A DNA stretch of 64,000 nucleotides, from positions 104,780,001 through 104,844,000 of the forward strand of contig OZ024744.1 of the NCBI GenBank assembly GCA_964016885.1. Reading direction: 5' to 3'. This DNA comes from Eledone cirrhosa. Taxonomy: Eukaryota. Every line of letters begins with the position of its first letter. Positions within the stretch are counted from its first letter, which is position 1. Positions 12,312 to 24,544 of the stretch are shown in pieces. The notes beneath the pieces are model-generated. The model worked only from the letters and a program-made list of their open reading frames with translations. It did no database searches and was not told where the DNA came from. The position numbers and the translations under genes were made by a program.

Positions 12312-12798
12312 TATCATCATCATCATCATCATCATCATCATCGTATAACGTCCATCTTCCACGCTAGCATGGGTCTGGACGGGAATTGTCCCACTTGAGG
12401 CCAGATTGGTTGTCTTGCTCAGGACTGTCTGGCGGGTTTTCTACGGCTAGATGCCCTTCCTAACACCAACCACGTTTACAGTGTGGAACTGGGAGGTTTT
12501 TACCGTGTCACCTACACGGCCACATTACAGCGTGGACTGTGTGTTTTTTTGTTGTGACACCTACACGACCTCATTTATTTAGGACTGGATGTTGTGGTAC
12601 CAACATAGCTTTACATCGAAAGGGGTGGTGTAGATGGTGGTGGGGGTAAGGGTAGTGGGACGGGGGTGTATTTTGGTTAAGAGGTGCCTACTGACTGTAG
12701 GTTTTGCTTTGTACTTAGGCAAGGCGGGTCTTCTGTATTACTACATAGCGCCAAAAATCTCTGTCCAGTGACATTGTCTTGGAGAGATGTAAGTGTGT
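12312..12798 (-). mobile_element. RTE LINE 3' end
   Basis: (CAT)n tail, 3'UTR and HLHLSKTMSLDRDFWRY C-terminus; truncated at (TA)n. Confidence 0.85.
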
Positions 12799-12870
12799 AT
12801 ATATATATATATATACATACAAACAATGATTTATATGCAATATATTATTAATGCTGTATCCATAACACGT

Positions 12871-13205
12871 GGAGGCACATGGCTTAGTGGTTAGAGCATT
12901 GGCCTTGCAATCGAAAGGTTGTGAGTTCAATTCTCAGACCGGGTGATGTGTTGTTTCCTTGAGCAAGACACTTTATTTCACATTGCTCCAGTTTACTCAG
13001 CTGTAGAAATGAGATGATAGGGACTGGGGTCCATATCATTCCACTGCAAAGTGGTCGTGGAGGTGCCACGGCAAAAAAGCATCCAGCACTCACTGTAAAT
13101 GAGGTTGGTGTTAGGAAGGGCATCCAGCTGTAGAAATCAAGCCAGAATCAGTTCCCGTCCCACCCTTGCAAGCAGGGAAAAGCGGACGTAAAATGAAATG
13201 ATGAT
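12871..13205 (+). mobile_element. SINE family A copy
   Basis: Near-identical to 7397-7733. Confidence 0.9.
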
Positions 13206-13495
13206 AACACTATCTGTATGAGTGACCTCCGTTTTTATTATTTTACTGTAAAATTTACCTTGAGAGGTTATAATGCAGTGAGTTAAGATTGTCTATGTTG
13301 ATATAATTTCATTGTATATTCACACCCCTGATTTTTCAATACATCAGTATATGCTTGCAAGTTAGCATTCCTCCCTGACTTTTACTGTCCAAAACTGTCA
13401 CAGTTACTATCACAGCCACCATAACTACATGTGACAATGTGTTTCTACTCAGACTTAATTATGGACACTTGATGTTTTTCTAATTAATAAGATGA

Positions 13496-13579
13496 CCTAC
13501 TGATGAAGGTCGGTTTCTTAACATTACTAATTATAGTAATTGTTCTGTTTTCTCAAGACCTGAAACAATGTTGTCTAGG
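13496..13579 (+). ncRNA. Type I hammerhead ribozyme motif with an intact core
   Basis: ccta-CTGATGA-aggtc...gacct-GAAA-caatgttgTC-tagg; all three stems pair; canonical GUC triplet, predicted cut after 13575. Confidence 0.7.
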
Positions 13580-13959
13580 ACTGTATTAGAATTATACATT
13601 GTTAATGTAATGAAAGTAATATTTTTAACACTCTACTTGGTTCCTTATTAATTATTTGTAATACGTTTTAAATGTTGTATATATAACATTAGTGGTATGA
13701 GTGTGCCCTGTTTTTGGTATTGTATTGTAGTGCCAGATTTACATTAAATGGTTATACTGTGGTGAGTCAATATTTTCGATATTATTTCATTGTTTATATA
13801 TATATGTGTGTGTGTGTGTCACCATCAGGTTATCACATTATGAGACAAGTCAGATTAGGTGACCACATCTTGCTCATACGGATCTGTATGGTTTCTACAA
13901 CTGGATACCCTTCCTAATGCTAACCTAATACTGCGTGAACTTTATATTGTGACACAAAC

Positions 13960-14372
13960 ATGACTACCTTACAGAGTGAACTGGGTGGTTTTTATTGTCA
14001 CCAGCACGATCACCTTACAGGGTAGACTGGGTGGTTTTTCTCATGTCACCAACACAACCACCTTACAAGGTAGACTGGGTGGTTTTTCTCATGTCACCAA
14101 CACAACCACCTTACAAGGTAGACTGGGTGGGTTTTCTCATGTCACCAACACAACCACCATACAGGGTAGACTGGGTGGTTTTTCTCATGTCACCAACACA
14201 ACCACCTTACAGGGTAGACTGGGTGGTATTTCTCATGTCACCAACACAACCACCTTACAAGGTGGACTGGGTGGTTTTTCTCATGTCACCAACACAACCA
14301 CCTTACAGGATAGACTGGGTGGTTTTTCTCATGTCACCAACACAACCACCTTACAAGGTAGACCGGGTGGTT
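13960..14372. repeat. 48-bp minisatellite (8-9 copies) inside an RTE 3'UTR
   Basis: Unit tcatgtcaccaacacaaccaccttacaaggtagactgggtggtttttc; flanks (13840-14800) are an old minus-strand RTE 3' end. Confidence 0.9.
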
Positions 14373-14944
14373 GTAATACTGGATCACCATACAGGCTGGA
14401 CTTTGTGTCTTTTGTACACGTGGTTAGGCAGGAGAGATGTATTAGGGGTGAACAAAGGGGGTTAGGTAGGGTAACAAGTACGCAGGTTCAACATGGGTGA
14501 GCTGTGGGAGGTATTAAGATTGGGGAGGGTAAAGAACAGAAAATTTGTGTAGACTAGTGTGGCCTCTACATGTTTATTTCCTGTGTACATGGAAAGGTGG
14601 ATCTTCTGCAGTACAGTATGACTCAAGAGATCTTGATCCAGTGTCATCTCCTTTGAGAGGTTTAATTGTGCAACGTCAGCTTTTATAACTTCATCTCAAG
14701 CTTTTCTAAGTCTTCTTATTTCATAGTTTTCATTGACATTAAGCGCTCTGCATCTTTTTATACAACTGCCATCCTCTATACTCATTAGATGTCCATACTA
14801 TATATATATATACACACACATATATATATATATATATATATTTTTTTTTTCCAAAATGGCTGACTAATACACTTGTTTTCCTCAAAAGAATATTTTTCCA
14901 CTCCTTCCTCTGCTCACTTCTCTATCTTTCTATTTTATCTTTTA

Positions 14945-15847
14945 CTAGCAGTAAAGCCCGGCGTTGCTCGGGGCTGCTCAGTAGCTATGTTAAAGCTACA
15001 ATGTTAAGTTCCTTTCTTGGCTTAAAAACTGTAGAGTCTACAGTGTAGACTTTCATGTGGTACTTTTGATTAATATTCCCTCAACCAACAGTATGCCTTA
15101 TGAAGTTAAGAAAACATAACCATAACCCGAATGTTAAAACAAAAGAGGATGTTGGGGATAAAAACTGCACTGGTAATCTATTAACAAAAATCGAAAATGT
15201 AAACACTGCAACACTTGTCTCAGAGAAAAACATCAGCGTAACCAAACTATCAGTTATTTTGAAACAAAGAAATTGGATGGACATGAAAAACAAACAAAAA
15301 ATGCGTTATCTGTCTGTTGTTTAAAATCATTGCTTCTAAATTAAAATCTCATAAGGCTTTATTCGAGGTCAATGCATTTTTTACAAAATATTTGCTTGTT
15401 TTACGGTGTATTCAAATATGCTTTTCAAGTAAAAATATTGTTTTAAAAGACTTTTTAATGGAAATGAAGCAAAATGGAAGCTTAATGTTGAAACTTCGAA
15501 CTCATTAATTTTGCTGGTCCGAAAACTGTTCGCGTATTTTTGTACTTTTGCACGCGTCGTTTATTCGTAACATAAAAAGATAGACAGAATGACGCCATAA
15601 AAGGGAAATAACTCGTCTCTCATCTCTATTTATACATTTGATCTGAAAAATCAATACATTACAAATTCGGTTTTGCACTTGGCGTGGGTCGATTTGAAAT
15701 TTTTTTTGACCGATGCCTCCGCCGGACCTTCATCTATAAGTGTAGCAATTTCACCGAAATTTGAACGTACGGTTTAGGAGGAGATGTGTGCCGACGGTTT
15801 TAGTAGACAGACAGACAGACAGACAACCTCAGTAATATATATAGAGA
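14945..15847 (-). mobile_element. Non-autonomous Helitron
   Basis: Minus strand starts A|TC with an internal (CTGT)n; ends with a GC hairpin cccgagcaacgccggg about 8 nt before CTAG|T; no TSD. Confidence 0.8.
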
Positions 15848-15859
15848 TTTCTCATTCTA

Positions 15860-15895
15860 TCTTCTGATGAAGGACTAGTGTCTGAAATGTTAAGA
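15860..15895 (+). ncRNA. Minimal hammerhead motif, same repeat family as 7009
   Basis: tctt-CTGATGA-aggactagtgtct-GAAA-tgtt-aaga; downstream flank matches 7045-7135. Confidence 0.5.
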
Positions 15896-16399
15896 CTCTT
15901 TTCCTACCATATCAAGCATTAAACTAATATATTTCCTCATTGTACTGTGTTGTTTGGTTTGTTATTTCTGTTTACATTTTCATACATATATGTATATATC
16001 TAAATATATATAACATAATATAGATGGGGATATATCAATTGAGAAACAAACTAGTATTTTGTACATATATATAGATATAAATGATATGTAGATTTAAATA
16101 CAAATTTAAAACCATGTATTAGAATATTGCTGTACTCACATAAAGATGATGCTGTGCTTGGATGACTGTATTTCCATAGACAAATTTGTTTCTGAGAATC
16201 AGAGAAAATAGAATGTTCACCATCTATTACAGTAATTAGTATGGTATGGTCTTGTGAGTCCTGATAGAGTCGTAGGGGCGTTTTCAGCCTGTTGGAGCCC
16301 AGGCCTCTCCAGGCCTGAGTACAGCAGATTTCTTCCAGAGAAAGATAGAAAGTGAGAGAGAGAAAATGAGAACGAGATATAGAGGAAGAATCAACCCCA

Positions 16400-16548
16400 G
16401 TATTAGACTGGTACTTCTTTATCGACCTCGAAAGGATGAAAGGCAAAGTTGACCTTGTTGGGATTTGAACTCAGAGAGCAGAGATCTGGAACGAATACCA
16501 CAAAGCATTCTATCTGATGTTCTAACGACTCTGCCAATTCACTGCCTT
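16400..16548 (-). mobile_element. SINE related to family B (older copy)
   Basis: Reverse-complement gtcgataaa...gtaccag core and B-box; paralogue at 22535-22685. Confidence 0.6.
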
Positions 16549-16619
16549 CAGTAATTAGTATTGATCACCAATTACAGATTTTGGTAAACATCATTAAGAT
16601 CAGTATGTTTAGATCTTTG

Positions 16620-16660
<41 letters not shown>

Positions 16661-16664
<4 letters not shown>

Positions 16665-18424
16665 TCATCTTTGTTTAACGTCCATCTTCCACGCTAGCAT
16701 GAGTTAGACGGGAGTTGTCCCACATGAGCACATGAGGCAAGGCTGGTCGGGTGACCGTGTCTCGCTCATATAGGACTATCTGGCAGGTTTTCTACAGCTG
16801 GATGCCCTTTCTAACACCAACCACATTTACAGTGTGGAACTGGGAACTTTTTACCGTGTTACCTACACGGTCACATTACAGCATGGACTGTGTGTTGTTT
16901 TTTTTTTGCTGTGACACCTACACGATCTCAATCTCATTTATTTGGACTGGATGTTGTGGTACCAACTTTATAGAGAGGGGGTGGTGTTGGTGGGAGTGGG
17001 AGGGTAGGGGTAGTGGATTGGGGTGTATATTCAGTTAAGAGGTGCCGACTGACTGTAGGTTTCGCTTTGTACATAGGCAGTGTGGGTCTTCTGTATTACT
17101 GCATAGCGCCAAAGATCTCGGTCCAGTGACATTGTCTTAGAGAGGTGCAAGTGTGTAAGGTCGGAATTTATCAGATCGTCCCAGGTTTTTCTGGGTCTAC
17201 CTACTCTGTAACTACCATCAATTTTGATCGCCCTGCACTTTTTTATACAGCTGTCGTCTTTCATGCACATCACGTGGCCATACCAACGTAGTCTTCTCTC
17301 GAGTAAATAGCATCTGATCCCTCTTATTCCTAATTTATCACTTAGTTCACTTATGCTTTGCTGTTCACGTATATTATTATTACACATCCAGCGGAGCATG
17401 CGTGCTCCGTTCCTCTCCAGTCTGCGCAGGTCTTCTGTACACAATGCCCATGTATCACTGCTATGTAGCATTGCTGTTCGTATACAGGCATCATACAATC
17501 TGCCTTTCATTTTTAGAGAGAAACCTTTTGTGGCCACCAGTGGTATAAGCTCTCTGAACTTTTTCCATCCCGTTCTAACTCTAGCTACTGTACTTTCAGA
17601 ACAACCTCCCCCACTGCTGATTTTGTCATCCAGGTAACAGAAAGTGTCCACTATTTCTATAGAACCATCTGGGCAGTAGAAGGAGCTAGTATCCTGTGGA
17701 CACTTGCTACTACTTATTGCACCTGAGCACCAGCTACATATAAAATCTATGTTCTTAGTTAGCTTACCTGTGATCCCACTACATCTTTTCTGCACCCATA
17801 CTTTGCATTTGAGACATAAAATGGAGTTTCTGCCTACTCCTTTCCTACACACTGAGCATGGCCATTTCCCAGGGGGGACCTGTGCCCTATTTTCCTTCCT
17901 ACATACTAGAACTTTAGTCTTAGACAAGTTAATTTTAAGGCCTTTTGATTCTAAGCCATGCTTCCAAGTTTGGAATTTCTTCTCTAGTTCAGCCATTGGT
18001 TCAGCTATGAGCGTTAGATCATCTGCGTATAGGAGTTCCCATGGGCAGCCGGTCTTGAACTCCTGTTATAGCCTGAAGGCCAATAATAAATAGGAGGGGG
18101 CTACGGACAGAGCCCTGATCAACACCAACTTTTACTCTAAATTCTTCACTATATTCGTTGTTACTTTCTGACTGTTTCTTTATACATGGCTTGTATAGCT
18201 CTCACGAGCCATTCATCAACACCTAGTTTTTTAAGAGCCCACCAGATAATGGCGCGGGGGACTCTGTCAAAGGCTTTCTCCAAGTCAACAAAAGCTAAGT
18301 ATAGGGGTTTACTTTTAGTTAGGTACTTCTCCTGTAGTTGTCGTACAAGGAAAAGAGCGTCTGTGGTACTTTTACCTGACAAAAACCCAAATTGCATTTC
18401 ATCTAGATCAATTCGCTCTCTGAT
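16661..18424 (-). mobile_element. 5'-truncated RTE LINE (RT domain to 3' tail)
   Basis: QFGF...STTDA, AFVDLEKAFDRVPR, WELLYADDL, LRWYGHV, GRPRKTW; (TA)n on both sides; premature stops. Confidence 0.92.
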
Positions 18425-19742
18425 TTTATATATATATATGTGTGTGTTGTGTGTGTGTGTATTATTGACGGCTATGAAAAAAAATTCTCAATAACAAAGT
18501 AGAGTTTCAATATTCATTATTATGTCTATGTAGTGTGCCTTGTTACAGTGGAGTTTCACGTGCACACAGGATCATCAGACTGGACTTCAATAACAGAGAT
18601 AGTATAAATAGGGAAGACTGAAGTGGAGGAGAGGATAGGTGTGTCAGGAGAGAAAGACAATCCATGGAGACCTATGAAATCAAAGGGCCTTATAAAGTGA
18701 CATTTCAATCTCCCACAAACATTAGTTCTGACTGAATAAAATGGAGATGTGGAGCTGATCCTGGCAAAAATTAGATCTACAGTTTGAGCTCTTTGTGTAT
18801 AATTAATCAGATTATGATCTATAGTATAAGATTATCTAATTTCTAAAATTTATATACTTAGATATTTATTTGCTACATTTATAGAACAACATCGATGTAG
18901 CCAGCTTCCTCTCTCAACTGGAGCCAGCTGGCCTCCCATCATCGCAATGATAAGTGCTCTGATGGAATAACTGTCTCCCCATTCAAGGCAGATAAATCTC
19001 TAATCTGAGATGTGATGTATTGTGATTCTCATCCTCTGCTTCCAACCTTGTCAACTGCTTCCTTTTCATGCTAGGCACTAATCGTGGCCTCTGGTGTTCT
19101 TGGCTCCCATACTACTGATTTCCTCTGTAAAAATCAGAATGGCAGCTGCTCGTCTGAAGAAGGAGCTCCATGACATGGGGATGACTTTTGCAGTTGGGTT
19201 TGTTAACTATTCTCTGTGGCAATGCCTTCTGTCTGCGGGGCATGGCTGAATCACCACTCAGACTGGAGTGTAGACTCTCTCCCTTTCTCTCTTTCCTTCG
19301 TTGCTTAATTTTTGTTCCTCATTCTTTTGTTTCATTTAAATATTTTTTAAAAATTCAAAATGTTATCGTATTAAAAAGTAATATTAAAAAATAATTCTAC
19401 GACTAGAATTTACTAGAGCTGTTTTGTATTTGATGGTTTGACGGTCTAACCAGGTGGTGCTATTAAGTTAGACATGGCCTGAGCCAATACTGGCCGAAAC
19501 CTATCAAAGTTATGAAAGTAACCTTAATACAAAGGTGTGTTAATTAATTAATAAGTTTTATTAGTTCAAGATGACCTATTTAAAATACATAAATTGATAG
19601 ATGGCTAGAAATAGGCCAACACGACCTATTTGCATTTACCTATAATAATTGATTCCATAGACATAATTACATCTCTTGCCGAACAAAGCCTCAGCCAAGT
19701 AGAGTTGATAATCAACATCCACTGAGTGTTTTGATCTCTTAA

Positions 19743-19941
19743 CGCTTTAGCATTTATATTACTCTATATATACTATTATATTTTTGTGGTAAAGGCTTTA
19801 TCTCACATCAAATCTACGAGATTTTGATATTATTTTGAGAACAATACCTTAATGTCAGTATGAGCGGCGAGTTACAGCCAGTTTGAACAGAAAGAGATGA
19901 GAAAATTCTGCCCCGATATGGCCAGTTTAAATGCTAAAGGG
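19743..19941. mobile_element. piggyBac-type MITE
   Basis: TTAA|cgctttagcattta ... taaatgctaaaggg|TTAA; inverted paralogue at 62266-62486. Confidence 0.7.
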
Positions 19942-20004
19942 TTAATCATAACATCTTCCCTCTGTTGGTCAATTAGTAGTGATGGCCAAATCACTACCAA
20001 ACTT

Positions 20005-21335
20005 TTCCTGACTTCCAGCTTATCTCTTCTCTCCCAGTTTCCTGCTTATCTCTTCTCTCCCAGTTTCCTGCTTATCTTTTCTCTTTCAGTTTCCTGTTTA
20101 TCTCTTCTCTCCCAGTTTCCTGATTATCTCTTCTCTCCCAGTTTCCTGCTTATCTCTTCTCTCCTGACTTCCAGCTTATCTCTTCTCTCCCAATTTCCTG
20201 CTTATCTCTTCTCTCCCAGTTTCCTGCTTATTTTTTCTCTCCCAGTTTCCTGCTTATCTCTTATCTCCCAGTTTCCAGCTTATCTTTTCTCTCCCAATTT
20301 CCAACTTATCTCTTCTCTCCCAGTCTCCAGCTTATCTCTTCTCTCCCAATTTCCTGCTTATTTTTTCTCTCCCAGTTTCCTGCTTATCTCTTATCTCCCA
20401 GTTTCCAGCTTATCTTTTCTCTCCCAATTTCCAACTTATCTCTTCTCTCCCAGTCTCCAGCTTATCTTTTCTCTCCCAGTTTCCAGCTTATCTCTTCTCT
20501 CCCAGCAGTTTCCTGCTTATCTCTTCTCTCCTGACTTCCAGCTTATCTCTTCTCTCCCAGTTTCCAGCTTATCTTTTCTCTCCCAATTTCCAACTTATCT
20601 CTTCTCTCCCAGTCTCCAGCTTATCTCTTCTCTCCCAGTTTCCTGCTTATTATTTCTCTTTCAGTTTCCTGCTTATCTTTTCTCTCCCAGTTTCCAGCTT
20701 ATTTTTTCTCTCCCAGTTTCCAGCTTATCTCTTCTCTCCCAGTTTCCTGCTTATTTCTTCTCTCCTGACTTCCAGCTTATCTATTCTCTCCCAGTTTCCA
20801 GCTTACCCCTTCTCTCCCAGCAGTTTCCTTCTTATCTCTTCTCCCCCAGTTTCCTGCTTATCTCTTCTCTCCTGACTTCCAGCTTATCTCTTCTCTCCCA
20901 GTTTCCAGCTTCTCTCTTCTCTCCCAGTTTCCTGCTTATCTCTTCTCTCCTGACTTCCAGCTTATCTTTTCTCTCCTAGTTTCCTGCTTATCTCTTCTCT
21001 CCCAGTTTCCTGCTTATCTCTTCTCTCCTAACTTCCAGCTTATCTCTTCTCTCCCAGTTTCCTGCTTATCTCTTCTCTCCCAGTTTCCAGCTTATCTCTT
21101 CTCTCCCAATTTCCTGCTTATCTCTTCTCTCCCAGTTTCCAGCTTATCTCTTCTCTCCCAATTTCCTGCTTATCTTTTCTCTCCCAGTTTCCTGCTTACC
21201 TTTTCTCTCCCAGTTTCCAGCTTATCTCTTCTCTCCCAGTTTCCTGCTTATCTCTTCTCTCCTAACTTCCAGCTTATCTCTTCTCTCCCAGTTTCCTGCT
21301 TATCTTTTATCTCCTGACTTCCAGCTTATCTCTTT
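20005..21335. repeat. 26-bp pyrimidine-rich minisatellite, about 51 copies
   Basis: Unit cccagtttcctgcttatctcttctct. Confidence 0.95.
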
Positions 21336-21854
21336 TCACTCTTGCTCAATAACCAACAAGAGGCTCTTTCTGTTTTCCTTCTCCTCATTCTGGGTAGTGA
21401 GTACCTCGACTGGAAATATCCACAACTGACATCCATTAATAATAGACACAAGGTTCACAAGTAATCCATTGTAATCCATTATTTGTCTTAATTTTGCAGA
21501 TCCATGTTCTCTATCCATGTCTTCTCCTATAAATCACGGAACTTTATATACACGTGGCATACACCTTTCAAATTAATAATCAGAACAAGGATTGTTCTTG
21601 CTAATATTTTGCTGTTAAATATTATTTGTGTATTCAGGTATTACACACGCCATGCTTCTTACAGACTTTAAACACACACCTTATGGTTAAATGGATATAA
21701 AATCGCAAGAAAAACAGAAAAAATATTACACTTTTGGTTAGGAAAAGTGTCTTCAAGAAGGGCATCTGGGTGTTATACATTACCTCAAAAGGTCCTGTCT
21801 AACCCATATCATCATAAAAAAGATGATGGTGATGTATATATATATATATGTGTG

Positions 21855-22195
21855 AAGGTGCATGGCTTAGTGGTTAGAGCTTTGGGCTTACAATCGTGAA
21901 GTTGTGAGTTCAATTGCGAGACTGGGCTTTGTGTTGTGTTCTTGGACAAGACACTTTATTTCACATTGCTACAGTTCACTCAGCTGTGGAAATGTATTGT
22001 GATGTTACTGGTGCCAAGCTGTATCAGCCATTGCCTTTCTCTTGGACAACATCAGTGGCATGGAGAGGGGAGACTGGTATAGATGGGTGACTGTAGGTCT
22101 TCCACAAACAACCTTGCCTGGACTTGTACTTCGGAGGGGAACTTCCTAGGTACAAATCCCATGGTCATTAGTGACCAGAGGGGATCTGTACCCTT
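21855..22195 (+). mobile_element. tRNA-derived SINE sharing the family A head with a different 3' body
   Basis: Same A/B boxes and caagacactttatttcacattgct; related pieces at 23785-23940 and 24095-24270. Confidence 0.7.
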
Positions 22196-23089
22196 TTATA
22201 TATATATATATATATGGTGTGTGTGTATAAACAATCAAGTGTTTAGAAGGTGATGGCAGGGGTTCTCCTCTCTACAGAGAGGTGCATCCTTACAAAGTGG
22301 AGAGAATACTGGTCACAACAAGATCTTTTGAGGTACATGACTAAGTTTACAGAGCTGAGGTCACCAAAGCAATTAAAAGAGCTCAAATGTGAGGAGAGAG
22401 GACGAAATTTCACCTGAGATACAATTTTTTAAAAAACCTGGCAGAGCCCATCTCTTCTTCAGGTCCGAATAAAGCAGATTTCTTCCAGAGAAGGATAGAA
22501 AGTGAGAGAGAGGAAGCAAGATGGAGATACTCCAGTACTGGATTGTTACTTTTTTTTATCGACCTAGAAAGGATGAAAGGTAAAGTTGACCTCGACAGGA
22601 TTTGAACTCAGAGAGCAGAAAGCTGGAATGAATACTACAAAACATTCTAACTGAGGTTCTAACAACTCTGCCAATTCGCTGCCTCTACTTGTACACAGAG
22701 GAATAACTTTATTTTCACAATGGTGGCTTCTAATGGAAAAACTGTATTTATATCTATTTACATCTTGTAATATATAGAGATTTGTTAAATGACAACTCCA
22801 GATGTTGTATGTCATAACAAGTAACATGGCCAGCAGGGGCTAGACAATGATACCTCACATCAGAGAGGTATATAGAGACTTGTGTGCAGAGGAAACAACT
22901 TTGTTATTTTCACAGTGGTGGCTTCTAATGGAAAAATTGTATTTATATCTATTTACAACTTGTAATATATTTTCATAAATGTTTAATTAATTACATTGCT
23001 ATTCCAGCTACATTCTACATCCTACTTTACATAAATGCATGCTTGATAAAAATTAACTAAATTTATATTTTAAAATATGTATTTTGCAG

Positions 23090-23260
23090 CAATAAATGTG
23101 ATACAAGATATCCTCCAGATTAACAATAAAGAGGTAGAATGCAGCTCAATTTTGGAGATAGTTTCCAAAGATGATTTTATCAAGAAACAATTAGCGGATA
23201 TGGAATATGTGAAAAAATCAATTTTAGAACATCGAAATGAAGATGAAGATTGGTTCCAAG
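23090..23260 (+). CDS. DFFB: DFFB/CAD internal exon (linker region ending DEDWFQG)
   Basis: Acceptor ttgcag|CA completes a Thr codon with the upstream A; donor G|gtttgg (phase 1). KKQLADMEYVKKSILEHRNEDEDWFQG parallels the DFF40 LLADL...R.ED..WFEG motif. Confidence 0.88.
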
Positions 23261-24374
23261 GTTTGGGTTCTTAGATTTACACTAACACTCATTAAATTGA
23301 TCCTACTTTAATCTTTTATGAAACTGACTCTTAGGATGGAGGGTAAGTTTTAGCTGCTTTAACAAACCCTGGTTTCATCAACCATTTAGTTTTAGTGTAA
23401 AGACCAACATAAATAAGCTTAACCTTCAGCATGCTGAATATTTTTATGAATTGCATTTTGTATTATGGGGAGATTACTCTATTGTTGCAATTTGTTGCGT
23501 AATTTGCGCTATGATTACACATCCAAAGTTGTAAATATTACCAAAATGCACAATAGCATGTTATTAAATGAGTTATTAAGTGAGTTTCTAAAGGGCCAAC
23601 AACACTGCTAGTAAAATGCAGTTTATCATATCCCAGATCAAACATGTTTCAAATGGGAAATCATCCACGATACTGTCTATCAATGCTTCCTTAACCTAAA
23701 TGTACTAAGGATCCATTTTCTTTATGACCCTTGTTGTTGTTTGAAGTTAGATACATCTACAACATTTGACATCTCCCCTTCAAAAGGTTGTGAGTCTGAT
23801 TCCAGGATCAGGTGGTGAATTGAGTCCTTGAGCAAGACACTTTATCTAACATTGCTTCTGTTCACACATCTGGAAAAAATAAATTGCTATGACACTGATT
23901 CCAAGCTGTATCAGTCTTTGTCTTTCTCTTAGACAACATTATATATATATATATATGCATGCATGTATGTATGTATGCAAAAGGTAAACAGAAATAACAA
24001 CACAATCGGTACAGTATATGGAAGGGATATATTAGGTTAATGCTTGATATAGCAGGAAGATGGTCTTACAGTAAATATACAGTGTATAAATAAATTACTA
24101 TGACACTGGTGCCAAGCTATATCAGCCTTTGTCTTTCTCTTGGACAATATCTGTCATGGAAAAAGGAGACTGGCATGCATGGGTGACTACTGGTCTTGCC
24201 CAAGCTTGTGCTTTGATGAACAACTTTCCGAGTGTAATGCCATGGTCTCTCACGACAAGCAGGGTTTTATATGGATTTCAATTTCAGTATCCATTGTAAT
24301 ATTATAAGAATTAACAATTTATTTCACATTTTAAAAGGTAGTTTTCAACCAGTTTTTGTTTCCTAATATTCCAG

Positions 24375-24454
24375 GTGTCAAGGAGACATTTATGACTAAA
24401 TCAGAATTCATGAACCACAAAGCTCAGTGTCGTATAACAAAATATTATATTGAT
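24375..24454 (+). CDS. DFFB: DFFB/CAD internal 80-nt exon
   Basis: Acceptor ttccag|GT, donor GAT|gtaagt. Translates (G)VKETFMTKSEFMNHKAQCRITKYYID, paralleling DFF40 F-x2-KS-x9-RI-x2-Y. Phases fit both neighbouring exons. Not in the ORF track. Confidence 0.88.
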
Positions 24455-24544
24455 GTAAGTACTTTTAGAACTTTCTAGAAAATATGATCCAGTAATGAGA
24501 GTAATAAAAAAATACATATGAAGCATTTGTTTGATGTAGCAGCA

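Noticed and set aside
13976-14500. 174-aa and 156-aa repetitive ORFs
   Set aside because: Produced by a 48-bp stop-free repeat in a LINE UTR.
18880-19290. Possible coding fragment on the minus strand
   Set aside because: No sustained ORF, convincing splice context or recognisable domain.
19897-20979. 360-aa Ser/Leu/Phe/Pro-rich ORF
   Set aside because: Artefact of the 26-bp pyrimidine repeat; starts inside a MITE.
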